64,000 bases of DNA, taken from the IMG/VR virus record IMGVR_UViG_2802429321_000001, positions 11,590-75,589 of that record, one strand, 5' to 3'. Shown here piece by piece: positions 28,596 to 36,434 of the stretch; position 1 is the stretch's first letter; the number at the start of each line of letters is the position of its first letter. The stretch comes from a virus (taxonomy: Duplodnaviria > Caudoviricetes). Below the pieces are notes generated by a model. It saw only the letters and a list, made by a program, of their open reading frames with translations, made no database searches and was not told the origin of the DNA. The translations under genes and the position numbers were made by a program.

Positions 28596-29017
28596 CGTCG
28601 CCTACCGGGGTTGATGCTGCGCGGAGCACGTTGTTGTCGAGCGGGTCCGGTATTGCGGTTGCGATGGAGTTCGAGCGCATGAGCGCGAGCATCGACCTCG
28701 TTGTGGTTCATGGGCTTCTCGGTCAGCAAGCCGAGGAGGCCGCGGGAGGCCACGTCGGCCGCTGTGGCCATGCTGGCAATTGCGTTCCTGATGGCCTGTT
28801 GGAAGCCGTGGATGTCGAGTGTGACGTCGATGGAGATGGCGTTCGTGAGGCGTCCGATTGGGCTTGCGAGTGCCACACCCTGGAGCCGCTGCCACTCGTA
28901 CTGGCAGACATCGTTGCAGTAATACTCGGACGGTCCGTCAGAGCGGAGTTCGGCCTGGCACCAGCCGCAGACGGGCGCGGTGACCTGGTCGATGGCAGCG
29001 ATGATGTCCGGGGTCAC
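28592..29017 (-). CDS. Hypothetical protein
   Basis: CGWC...YYCNDVCQ; overlap-coupled. Confidence 0.55.
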   Translation of the reverse strand: MTPDIIAAIDQVTAPVCGWCQAELRSDGPSEYYCNDVCQYEWQRLQGVALASPIGRLTNAISIDVTLDIHGFQQAIRNAIASMATAADVASRGLLGLLTEKPMNHNEVDARAHALELHRNRNTGPARQQRAPRSINPGRRR

Positions 29018-29208
29018 GTCTGCTCCTTGTCGCGCTCAGCTACCTCACCGAAGTAGTGGTCCCACATCGCTTCGAAGTTGAACTCGTCGATGTGGAAGGT
29101 GACCTTGGGCAGTGGGGCGAACCACCGCTGTCGATAGACGCAGTTCTCGATGCGCATCGGGTCGCGGAGTCCGAGTCTCCGCGCGGTGCCGGGCTTGATC
29201 GGGGTCAC
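29014..29208 (-). CDS. Hypothetical protein
   Basis: Overlap-coupled. Confidence 0.5.
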   Translation of the reverse strand: MTPIKPGTARRLGLRDPMRIENCVYRQRWFAPLPKVTFHIDEFNFEAMWDHYFGEVAERDKEQT

Positions 29209-29831
29209 TGGGCCACCTCGTCGGCCATTAGCTCGACCTTGGCCCGTGCGATAGCGAACAGCGCCCGATCTGCCTCGTGCTGTGCCTCGAACTCGCCAGA
29301 CAGCGCATGGTCGGACAGCCGCCAGTACCGTGCCTCCTCTGCCTCTTGCCGCTCCAGCAGTTTCAGCACGTTGATCAGTGCGTCAAGCGTGGCCCACGTG
29401 CCGTCAAGAAGCAGCGGCTGGCCGTCCTTGCAGGTCGACCATGCGTAGCTTTGGAGGCTGATGATGCGCAGGGACGCTCGCCGGTCGTAGAACGCTGCCT
29501 TGTAGAACACGGCACACCGCTTCCGGCCGTGCTCGTCGATGATGTCGGACCACACGCCGTGGCCGTTCGACTGCTTCGACCAGCCCGCCGGGAGTCGCGC
29601 GTACTGGAACAGCGGGTCGCCATCAACTGCGGGGCCGAGAGTGAACCCGAGTCCGATCAGGCTCTCCTCGGTGCCGCCGCGGATGTCTGTTGGGATGACC
29701 TCGGAGGCGACGAACTCGCGCTGGCCTTGAGCCTCCATGTTGGTGATGTACCTGTCCGAGCCTGGATCAGCGCGGGCGGCGAGGAAGTGCAGTAGAGGGT
29801 CGCGGTTGGTGGTGTTCTCAGGCGTGGTCAC
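29205..29831 (-). CDS. Conserved actinophage hypothetical protein
   Basis: LPAGWSKQSNGHGVWSDIIDEHGRKRCAVFYKAAFYDRRA motif. Confidence 0.7.
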   Translation of the reverse strand: MTTPENTTNRDPLLHFLAARADPGSDRYITNMEAQGQREFVASEVIPTDIRGGTEESLIGLGFTLGPAVDGDPLFQYARLPAGWSKQSNGHGVWSDIIDEHGRKRCAVFYKAAFYDRRASLRIISLQSYAWSTCKDGQPLLLDGTWATLDALINVLKLLERQEAEEARYWRLSDHALSGEFEAQHEADRALFAIARAKVELMADEVAQ

Positions 29832-30892
29832 TGTCCTGCTCCCCACACTGGGATCTTGACGGGTGCGTCGGCGGTTGGCGCGCTGCGGAGCTTGATGCCG
29901 GGATCGCTGGGTCCGTACACGTAGCTGACGGGCTGCGGTGCGGTCGCTGGTAGCCGGTCGCGGGTGACGCAGCGCGGGTCAGCGAAGACCTGCGGCGAGT
30001 TGGCCATACGCAACCACGAGTTGTTGTCGAACCACGCGATGGCGCCAACGAGCTTCGGGTAGGTCTTCGCGAGGGCGTCCCGCAGGATTCGCGTGTCCCA
30101 GTAGGCGGGGGTCGTGTCCGCGTTACTGGACGGCCCGAACTCGAACAGCAGAGCGGGCTTGCCGGTACCGACTAAGGCGGTGTAGTCGCCGCTGTTGGCG
30201 AACGTCACCTTCGTGGGGTCAGGCAGGTACAGGCTCGCGCCCACGACCTGCGCGTCCGGGGTGAGGCCGTACAGGATCGGCGAGTACCACGACATCGCCC
30301 CCGACCATGCGGGGATCACGTTCGGGCAAGCACCGATCACGCGGCCCATTAGGTCTGTCCACAGTGCCTTCACCCCAGCCTCGGAGCGTGCCGGGTTCGT
30401 GTTGTCCCGGCCCCACACGAACCAGCTTCCGCCAGCCTCGTGGAATGGCCGGAAGATCACCGGCGCATCCGAGGGCAGGGCGTGGATGTAGTCGATGACC
30501 CGCTGCGCCACCCGCAGGTACCGCGCCCGCGCTGTGCTCGTACCCGATAGGACACTGGTCAGGTCCGGTTTCGCCGTGTTCGTGTTGGCGACCCACGCTG
30601 ACCCGATGGACTGGTCACTGCCCCACAGGTTCGGCATGTGCATGCAGGCCGCGATCAAGCCGCCTTGCTGGGCGTGGGTGGTGGCGATCTTCTGGGCACC
30701 TGGGTTGAGGGCGATGCTGGAACTGTCGTTGTCGCCGACGGGGATGTTGACGCCGAGGATCGCGGGCGGCTTCGCGATGTCGAGCAACTGCGCTGCGGTT
30801 GGGGTCCGGTCGTCGCTGGGTAGCTGCTGCCCGGCGAGCCACGCGTTGCCACGGATGGCGGTCAGGTACGGGACAACGTCGGCGGCCTTCAC
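29828..30892 (-). CDS. Glycoside hydrolase family 26 (beta-mannanase-like)
   Basis: CMHMPN, VIFRPFHEAGGSWFVWG (acid/base Glu), LLFEFG (nucleophile). Confidence 0.82.
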   Translation of the reverse strand: MKAADVVPYLTAIRGNAWLAGQQLPSDDRTPTAAQLLDIAKPPAILGVNIPVGDNDSSSIALNPGAQKIATTHAQQGGLIAACMHMPNLWGSDQSIGSAWVANTNTAKPDLTSVLSGTSTARARYLRVAQRVIDYIHALPSDAPVIFRPFHEAGGSWFVWGRDNTNPARSEAGVKALWTDLMGRVIGACPNVIPAWSGAMSWYSPILYGLTPDAQVVGASLYLPDPTKVTFANSGDYTALVGTGKPALLFEFGPSSNADTTPAYWDTRILRDALAKTYPKLVGAIAWFDNNSWLRMANSPQVFADPRCVTRDRLPATAPQPVSYVYGPSDPGIKLRSAPTADAPVKIPVWGAGQ

Positions 30893-31575
30893 ACGCTCAC
30901 CTCCTCGTAGGTGGCCTGGAAAATGTCATCTCGGCACGGATAGAACTCGCCCTTGACGCCCCGGATGATCCAGTCGCCGAAGTTGGCGTGCATGACGTCT
31001 TCGAGGGTGCGGATTGCGATGGTGTGCGGGATGTCGCAGTCGTTCGTTGCGCACCTGTCGGTGTTGGTGCAGTAGTAGCAGTAGTAGTTCGCGCGTCCAC
31101 CGTTGGCCAGGACCCAGTCGATGATCGGAATCGTGCCTTCAGCGGTTCCGTCCCACCGCATGGCCTGGATCTCAACGGGCTTATTGCGGTATGTCCGTGC
31201 GTTTATCTTCGCTGCGCGTTCGAGGATGATCTGCGCGACCTGGAGTGCGGCGAGGTCTTCGTCAAGGATCGGGCCGTCCCAGCTGAACTGGCCTCTGAGC
31301 GCCGTGCCTCGAAGCCATGCTTCGATGCGGGACGCCATGAACGGAGACATCAAGGCAATCCACCGCTGATCGGCGTCGTTCGGAGGCCAGTGCTCCGCCT
31401 CGGCTTTGAGCACGTTCATCGGATGCAGTGGTGTTCCCGCGATGTCCTGCGGGTGCACGAGCTCAACTGAGTCGCCCCAGTGCTGCCACTCCCACGGTCC
31501 AGGGGTCGCCTTGCCAGCCAGCTCGGCAAGCAGGTCTGCGGCTTTGGCGAGGATGTCCTGCGGGCTGTCAGCCAC
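30889..31575 (-). CDS. Fusion: Ead/Ea22-like N-terminus plus KPVEIQA...GDWIIRGVKGEFYPC domain
   Basis: LAGKATPGPWEW at N-terminus; widespread phage C-terminal motif; start re-called. Confidence 0.65.
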   Translation of the reverse strand: MADSPQDILAKAADLLAELAGKATPGPWEWQHWGDSVELVHPQDIAGTPLHPMNVLKAEAEHWPPNDADQRWIALMSPFMASRIEAWLRGTALRGQFSWDGPILDEDLAALQVAQIILERAAKINARTYRNKPVEIQAMRWDGTAEGTIPIIDWVLANGGRANYYCYYCTNTDRCATNDCDIPHTIAIRTLEDVMHANFGDWIIRGVKGEFYPCRDDIFQATYEEVSV

Positions 31576-31747
31576 GACGCCCCTCCTCCGCCGTGAGCCC
31601 GAGCATGTCGAGGAGGCGTGCGCAGTCCCCGACATCCACGGCGTTTGAGGCAACCCAGCGGACCGCGGCTCGCTTCTGCTCGTCCGGGCTACCGCCTTTG
31701 ATGCTGCCCGCCAACAACTGGCCGCGTTCGTGGATGTCGCTGCTCAC
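31568..31747 (-). CDS. Small hypothetical protein
   Basis: Manual translation MSSDIHERGQLL..., 59 aa, overlap-coupled. Confidence 0.55.
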   Translation of the reverse strand: MSSDIHERGQLLAGSIKGGSPDEQKRAAVRWVASNAVDVGDCARLLDMLGLTAEEGRRG

Positions 31748-31881
31748 CGACGCCCCGCCTCAAGCTCGGCGGCACGGCGACGAACCCACCTAGCAGCAGA
31801 CGGCCAACCAGCGGACTCCAACTCGGTGGCAACCCGGCGGCGTGTCTCCAAATCAACCTGTGACTGGCTTTTGGTGTTCAC
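31744..31881 (-). CDS. Small hypothetical protein
   Basis: Manual translation MNTKSQSQVDLETRRRVATELESAGW..., 45 aa, GTGA overlaps. Confidence 0.55.
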   Translation of the reverse strand: MNTKSQSQVDLETRRRVATELESAGWPSAARWVRRRAAELEAGRR

Positions 31882-32105
31882 GTGAGCTCCTCGCTGGTGT
31901 GTCTCAGGTACCCGGCGGCCTCATGCCAGCCCTGCAAGCGGACCGGGTCGCCGCCTTGGGCGAGGCGCCGGTCGGCTTCGGTGTCGATGAGAGCGGCGTC
32001 GTGGAGGCGGATGTCGGTGACGCGTCTCCCGACGATGCGGGCGACGGCTGCGGCGTGTGGTTCGTCCAGTTCGCGACGGTCGTCGTGGCCTGGGTGGGTG
32101 GTCAC
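31878..32105 (-). CDS. Small hypothetical protein
   Basis: RBS GGAGG; first gene left of the divergent intergenic region. Confidence 0.55.
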   Translation of the reverse strand: MTTHPGHDDRRELDEPHAAAVARIVGRRVTDIRLHDAALIDTEADRRLAQGGDPVRLQGWHEAAGYLRHTSEELT

Positions 32106-32298
32106 GGTTGCCTCCGTTTGGGTTGGCGGCTGGCCCGGATGGTGGCGAAGTGGCGTCAGGGTATGTCGCTTGCACCGTGTGGGTGATTCTTGTGGCGGGT
32201 TTGTTGTGGGGTGTGTCGGGTGATTTTTGGACGCCAGTGCCTGCTATTCCGGCCCGTTCCGGACTCGGTCGGTTTGAGCGGGTTTGAACCGGGCTCAT

Positions 32299-32317
32299 GT
32301 TGTGGTGAGACCACAAC
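32299..32317. promoter_or_regulatory. Inverted repeat (candidate operator) in divergent intergenic region
   Basis: GTTGTGGT-GAG-ACCACAAC. Confidence 0.45.
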
Positions 32318-32392
32318 GTCACGATTCCCTGTCGATCTCCAACCGCCCGCAAGGCGCTTTTCGAAAACTGAAAGAAGTGATCTACTGCGCCC

Positions 32393-32698
32393 ATGACCGA
32401 CGACGCCGACATCCCCGCCAACGTCCTGGAGGAGCTGGTGGCCGCACTCCAAACCACCCCCAACCCCACCCTCCTCAACGTCAGCGCAGAACTCGCCACA
32501 GCAGACGATGAAGAACTCTGCGAACTGGGAAAACGCGTCGCCCGATTCCGCCGCAACGCCAGCGCCGCACTCGGCTGGCTCGCCGCCGAATGCTACGCCC
32601 GCGGCATCAGCTGGCCCCTCATCGCCGAACAATTCGATGTCCCCCTGGCGACGATCCACGGCTACGCGGCCCCGTTTGTCCGAGCGAGGGAGTCCTGA
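32393..32698 (+). CDS. Small HTH-like protein
   Basis: ARGISWPLIAEQFDVPLATIHGY. Confidence 0.6.
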   Translation: MTDDADIPANVLEELVAALQTTPNPTLLNVSAELATADDEELCELGKRVARFRRNASAALGWLAAECYARGISWPLIAEQFDVPLATIHGYAAPFVRARES

Positions 32699-32701
32699 GC
32701 C

Positions 32702-33166
32702 ATGAGCATCCTGGGGAACCTCCGCAGTACCAGGCCAGCGCCGGGCGATGACCCGTGGCGCCTGCACTGCGCGGCACACGAACTCGGGCACATGCTCGTC
32801 TGGCAGGCATTCAGTTTCGGGATCGCCGGAGTCACGGTGACTGGTTTCGGTGACCAGGTAGAGGGCTGGACGCACCTCACCGACCAGGGCAAGAACCTCA
32901 CCAGTCCGGAGCGTTGCCGCCTCTACCTCGTGGGTCTGCTCGCCGGGCGTGAAGCGGACATGCGGTGGGCCCGGCACTCGCGGCGCCCGTTCCAGGAGAA
33001 GCACAGCAAGTGGGACCTGCGGGAGTTTCAGAGGATCCACCGTCACCCGTGGGTCTGTGACATCACTGTGAACGTGCTTCGAGCCCAAGCGCACGACGCG
33101 ATCGCCTGCCACTGGCCGCAGATCGTGCGGATGGCGCCGAGCCTGGCACGCAAGGGGAGCGTGTAG
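32702..33166 (+). CDS. Stand-alone HExxH Zn-peptidase (M41-like domain), paralog 1
   Basis: AAHELGH...LLAGREAD...WDL. Confidence 0.7.
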   Translation: MSILGNLRSTRPAPGDDPWRLHCAAHELGHMLVWQAFSFGIAGVTVTGFGDQVEGWTHLTDQGKNLTSPERCRLYLVGLLAGREADMRWARHSRRPFQEKHSKWDLREFQRIHRHPWVCDITVNVLRAQAHDAIACHWPQIVRMAPSLARKGSV

Positions 33167-33168
33167 CT

Positions 33169-33627
33169 GTGAAGGACACCCTGTGGAAACGTGGCTACGA
33201 AAGCACGACAGGTCTTGACCAGCATCGGCTCCGTATCGCCGCACACGAACTCGGTCACATGGTGGCCTGGCAGGAACTTGGCCTGCGAGTCGTCTCTACG
33301 CAGGTGTGGGGACACGGCGAAGCATCCGAAGGATTCACCAAGCTCGACGGCGGCAAACTCCGCACCAGGGACGACTACTACACGTACCTCGTGGGCCTGG
33401 TCGCTGGGCGTGAGACTGACCTGCGGTGGAGCGAGCTGCACCGGATGCCGATCCGGCCCCAGAACTGGGCGCGGGACATGAACGAGTTCTCACGGCTTCG
33501 CAACGAGCGTGTCATCCGCGACGTCACTGACGCCCACTTCGCTGCTGAGGCGCGCCGACTGGTCCTGGCTGCCTGGTCACATATCAAGTCGCTGGCCCCT
33601 GGGTTGGCACGCAAGGGGAGTGTGTAG
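33169..33627 (+). CDS. Stand-alone HExxH Zn-peptidase (M41-like domain), paralog 2
   Basis: AAHELGH...LVAGRETD...RDM; identical C-terminus LARKGSV to paralog 1. Confidence 0.7.
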   Translation: MKDTLWKRGYESTTGLDQHRLRIAAHELGHMVAWQELGLRVVSTQVWGHGEASEGFTKLDGGKLRTRDDYYTYLVGLVAGRETDLRWSELHRMPIRPQNWARDMNEFSRLRNERVIRDVTDAHFAAEARRLVLAAWSHIKSLAPGLARKGSV

Positions 33628-33629
33628 CC

Positions 33630-34418
33630 GTGAAGGACTTTCTGGGGCGTCTTCGTGGTGACGGCTGGGTCAGCGTCGCCAAGTTCGCGGGCACGGCCGT
33701 CGTCGCCGCGGTAGCGCTCGCAGTGTCTGCTGTGCAGTTGGTCAAGCTTGCTGGGCAGGTCCACATCGACGACGCCTTGCGATGGACCCTTCCGGTCACC
33801 CTGGACGTGGGTGGCGTGGTTGCCACCGTGGTGTGGGCTAAAGGGGGCGGGTCTGCCCAGAAGTGGGGCAAGGGCATCGCGATCATGCTGCTGCTGGAAT
33901 CCGTGGTAGGCAACGTGATCTCACACCTGCTCGACGCGGGCATCATCCAGATGACAGGCAAGCGGGGCACGCTCCTGATCATTTGCGTGAGCGCGATCTA
34001 CCCACTGAACCTGTCCGCGATGGTGCACCTGATCGTGTCGTCCTCGGACCGCGTGAAGAAGGCTGTCCCGAAGCACGCAAAGCAGCCGGAACCGCGCAGG
34101 ACCGAGGCCATCCGGGAGTCCGTCAAGCCCGCGGTGAAGCCGGAGCCCGCTCCCACGGCACTGGAGCGCAAGCCCATCGAGACCGCGAAGCCCAAGAACC
34201 TTGTCGAACTCACCACCGCAGGCAGTAAGCGGGAACAAGGTCGGGCGTGGTTCATGGAGCAGGTCTTCGTCCACGACCGGAACCCGGACGAGATCACCGC
34301 CTCCGAGGTCGACGCACAGATCGAGACCAACGCCTACGCCAAGAAGCACATCCAGGCGTGGCGGGCTGAAGCATTCGCCGCCATCAAGGCCACGCCCACC
34401 GCAGTGGCCGGGAACTGA
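33630..34418 (+). CDS. DUF2637 / Spd-like membrane protein
   Basis: About 4 TM helices (LPVTLD, SVVGNVISH, YPLNLSAMVHL), then a charged Pro-rich tail. Confidence 0.7.
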   Translation: MKDFLGRLRGDGWVSVAKFAGTAVVAAVALAVSAVQLVKLAGQVHIDDALRWTLPVTLDVGGVVATVVWAKGGGSAQKWGKGIAIMLLLESVVGNVISHLLDAGIIQMTGKRGTLLIICVSAIYPLNLSAMVHLIVSSSDRVKKAVPKHAKQPEPRRTEAIRESVKPAVKPEPAPTALERKPIETAKPKNLVELTTAGSKREQGRAWFMEQVFVHDRNPDEITASEVDAQIETNAYAKKHIQAWRAEAFAAIKATPTAVAGN

Positions 34419-34429
34419 GGGATACCGCC

Positions 34430-34567
34430 ATGAACCCGATGATCACCGTTGCCGCGCTGGTTGCCCTGGCCGTGATGGTGTTCACCAAGAAGACCTCCAC
34501 CCCGCTCGTACTGTGCTCGGCCGCGGTAGGCGCTGTCCTGGCTGTCGCCTGGGTCGGTGCGCGGTGA
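34430..34567 (+). CDS. 45-aa two-TM protein (Spd-like)
   Basis: Manual translation MNPMITVAALVALAVMVFTKKTSTPLVLCSAAVGAVLAVAWVGAR. Confidence 0.65.
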   Translation: MNPMITVAALVALAVMVFTKKTSTPLVLCSAAVGAVLAVAWVGAR

Positions 34568-35796
34568 AACGAACCCGTGTCAAGCCGTCCCTGACGATCT
34601 GGGATGTCACGTGGATCGTGACGTACTGGTCGTTGAGGCAGTCCGGCAAAGCCATCGTGTGGACGGGAAAGAAAGCCGCGATCCACACTGGCCGGCTCGC
34701 GAAATCGACGGCGAAGCCTATCGGGGCGGGCTTGCAGAACCGGGTGGCGCTGGTGTCGTCACGGGCCAAGGAGCGGGCCGAGTTCGGGTTTTGGACTTCG
34801 ATGGTCGAGACCCTGGATGGTGTCCGGATCCCGGCGTGGAGCGTCGGGTCCTGGCTCGACCAGCACGATGGCCCCGCGGCGGACCCAACCACGTTCAGTG
34901 GCCAGGAACGGCGATCCCACGAACCAGTGCGTGCCACCGCGGAACGCCTGGACCGGCCCGCGGCGACACCACTTGCTGGGCGTCGCGGCAAGAAGCTGAA
35001 GCCGCCATCACGGGATGCTGCTGTGAAGTGCCGGTGCGGGTGGACCGGGATCGAACGCGACTACGCCCGGCACGTTATCGCCTGTGCCCGCAAGGATCTG
35101 CACGCGACCCGCGCCGTACAGGTCGCGCTCGCCGAACACGCTGACCGTTTCATCAAGAAGCCAACCAACGCCCCCGGTGTTGGACAGAAGGGAACTGGCA
35201 TGAACCTCCGCGACTGGACCAAGTCCGCGATCATTCTGACCCGCCCGAACATCCACCATCCCGCCGAGCTGGCGACCTGGCTGCAGCTCGCAGCCAAGGG
35301 CACGGACCCGTTGGCGACCGCGCTGCGGACGCTGGCGGACGGGTTCGTGCGCGCCCAGGTGGACGCGGAGATCGTGCAGCCAGTGGAGCGTGCCGCGGTC
35401 GCCGCCGGCCACATCAAGGGCGCGTTCGTCACCGCCGCCAAGGTCTCGATCAACCTGTACGCGACGATCCCCGTGTTCGTGTCGAAGAACACCGGGACGA
35501 TGAGCGACCCCAGCGCCTGGTCGAAGTCCGCGGAGATCCTGGCCGAGCCGTTCATCGACAGTCCGCGGCAGTTGGGGGCGTGGCTGCTGGAGGCCGCGGC
35601 CCCGAAGGAGTTGCCGCAGAACATCCTGATCCTGCTGCTGGACTACCTGAAGGACGCCAAGGTCCACGCGTCGATCATCACTGCGCTCGAGGGCGCGATC
35701 GCGGATGCCCGCATGATCTGCATGGCACTGAAGCAGGCTGGAGACGAGGCAACGTCCCTGTATGGCGCGGTGCCTGAGTTCAAGGCCGCGGGCTGA
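34564..35796 (+). CDS. Transfer-region protein: basic N-terminus with CRC..H..C motif plus two ~95-aa helical repeats (internal start possible at 35200)
   Basis: GTGA overlap with upstream gene; repeats W-KSA-IL--P-I--P--L--WL...LY--IP-F. Confidence 0.6.
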   Translation: MKRTRVKPSLTIWDVTWIVTYWSLRQSGKAIVWTGKKAAIHTGRLAKSTAKPIGAGLQNRVALVSSRAKERAEFGFWTSMVETLDGVRIPAWSVGSWLDQHDGPAADPTTFSGQERRSHEPVRATAERLDRPAATPLAGRRGKKLKPPSRDAAVKCRCGWTGIERDYARHVIACARKDLHATRAVQVALAEHADRFIKKPTNAPGVGQKGTGMNLRDWTKSAIILTRPNIHHPAELATWLQLAAKGTDPLATALRTLADGFVRAQVDAEIVQPVERAAVAAGHIKGAFVTAAKVSINLYATIPVFVSKNTGTMSDPSAWSKSAEILAEPFIDSPRQLGAWLLEAAAPKELPQNILILLLDYLKDAKVHASIITALEGAIADARMICMALKQAGDEATSLYGAVPEFKAAG

Positions 35797-35829
35797 CCTC
35801 ACCTACCAACAACACTTGGGGAGAAGACT

Positions 35830-36433
35830 GATGTTTCTGCCGGATCAGTGGGCCAATGCCCGCAAGGTTGCTGCCCTGTGCGGCGAAACCCTCACCCACC
35901 CTGGCCAGTTGAAGGCGTTCTTTGCCTCCGCCGCGACGGGTGGTGGCGTGCTCGCAACCAGCTTGGCCACGCTCGCGAAGAAGCTGGAGGAGTGCGACGT
36001 CGACAAGAGCGTCCTGTCCCACGTGAACGCTGCACTCGGCGCAGCCTGGGCCTTCGAAAAGGACCTCATGGAGGCGGCGTCGCGATCGGGGACTCACTAC
36101 CGGTCGATCCCGAAGTTCCGAGCGACTGCCGCCGCCATACCTGACCTGTCGGGGTGGGCTGATGGATCAGAGGTGCTGGCTGACCCGCAGATCGATCACC
36201 CCAGCGAGCTGGGGGTGTGGTTGACGACCGCGTCGGAGAAGGGATCACTCCTGGCTCACGCTCTGGGGCGGCTGGACTCACGCCTGACTAGCGCCGGCGT
36301 GGCCCCAGCGATCGTGAACTGCGTGGGGCGTGCCCAGGATGATGCGGCGAACCTCGGTAACGCGCTGACGGAAGCTGGCAAGCAGGCAGACGCGCTGTAC
36401 GGGCAGATCCCTGATTTCCGGAAGGTGTCCTGA
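35830..36433 (+). CDS. Transfer-region protein, two more copies of the helical repeat (TraA position)
   Basis: HPGQL..HYRSIPKF and HPSELGVWL..LYGQIPDF; RBS GGAGAAG; start approximate. Confidence 0.6.
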
Positions 36434-36434
36434 G

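Noticed and set aside
31921-32556. 211-aa minus-strand ORF across the divergent intergenic region
   Set aside because: Low-complexity, overlaps better-supported genes on both sides; region looks regulatory.
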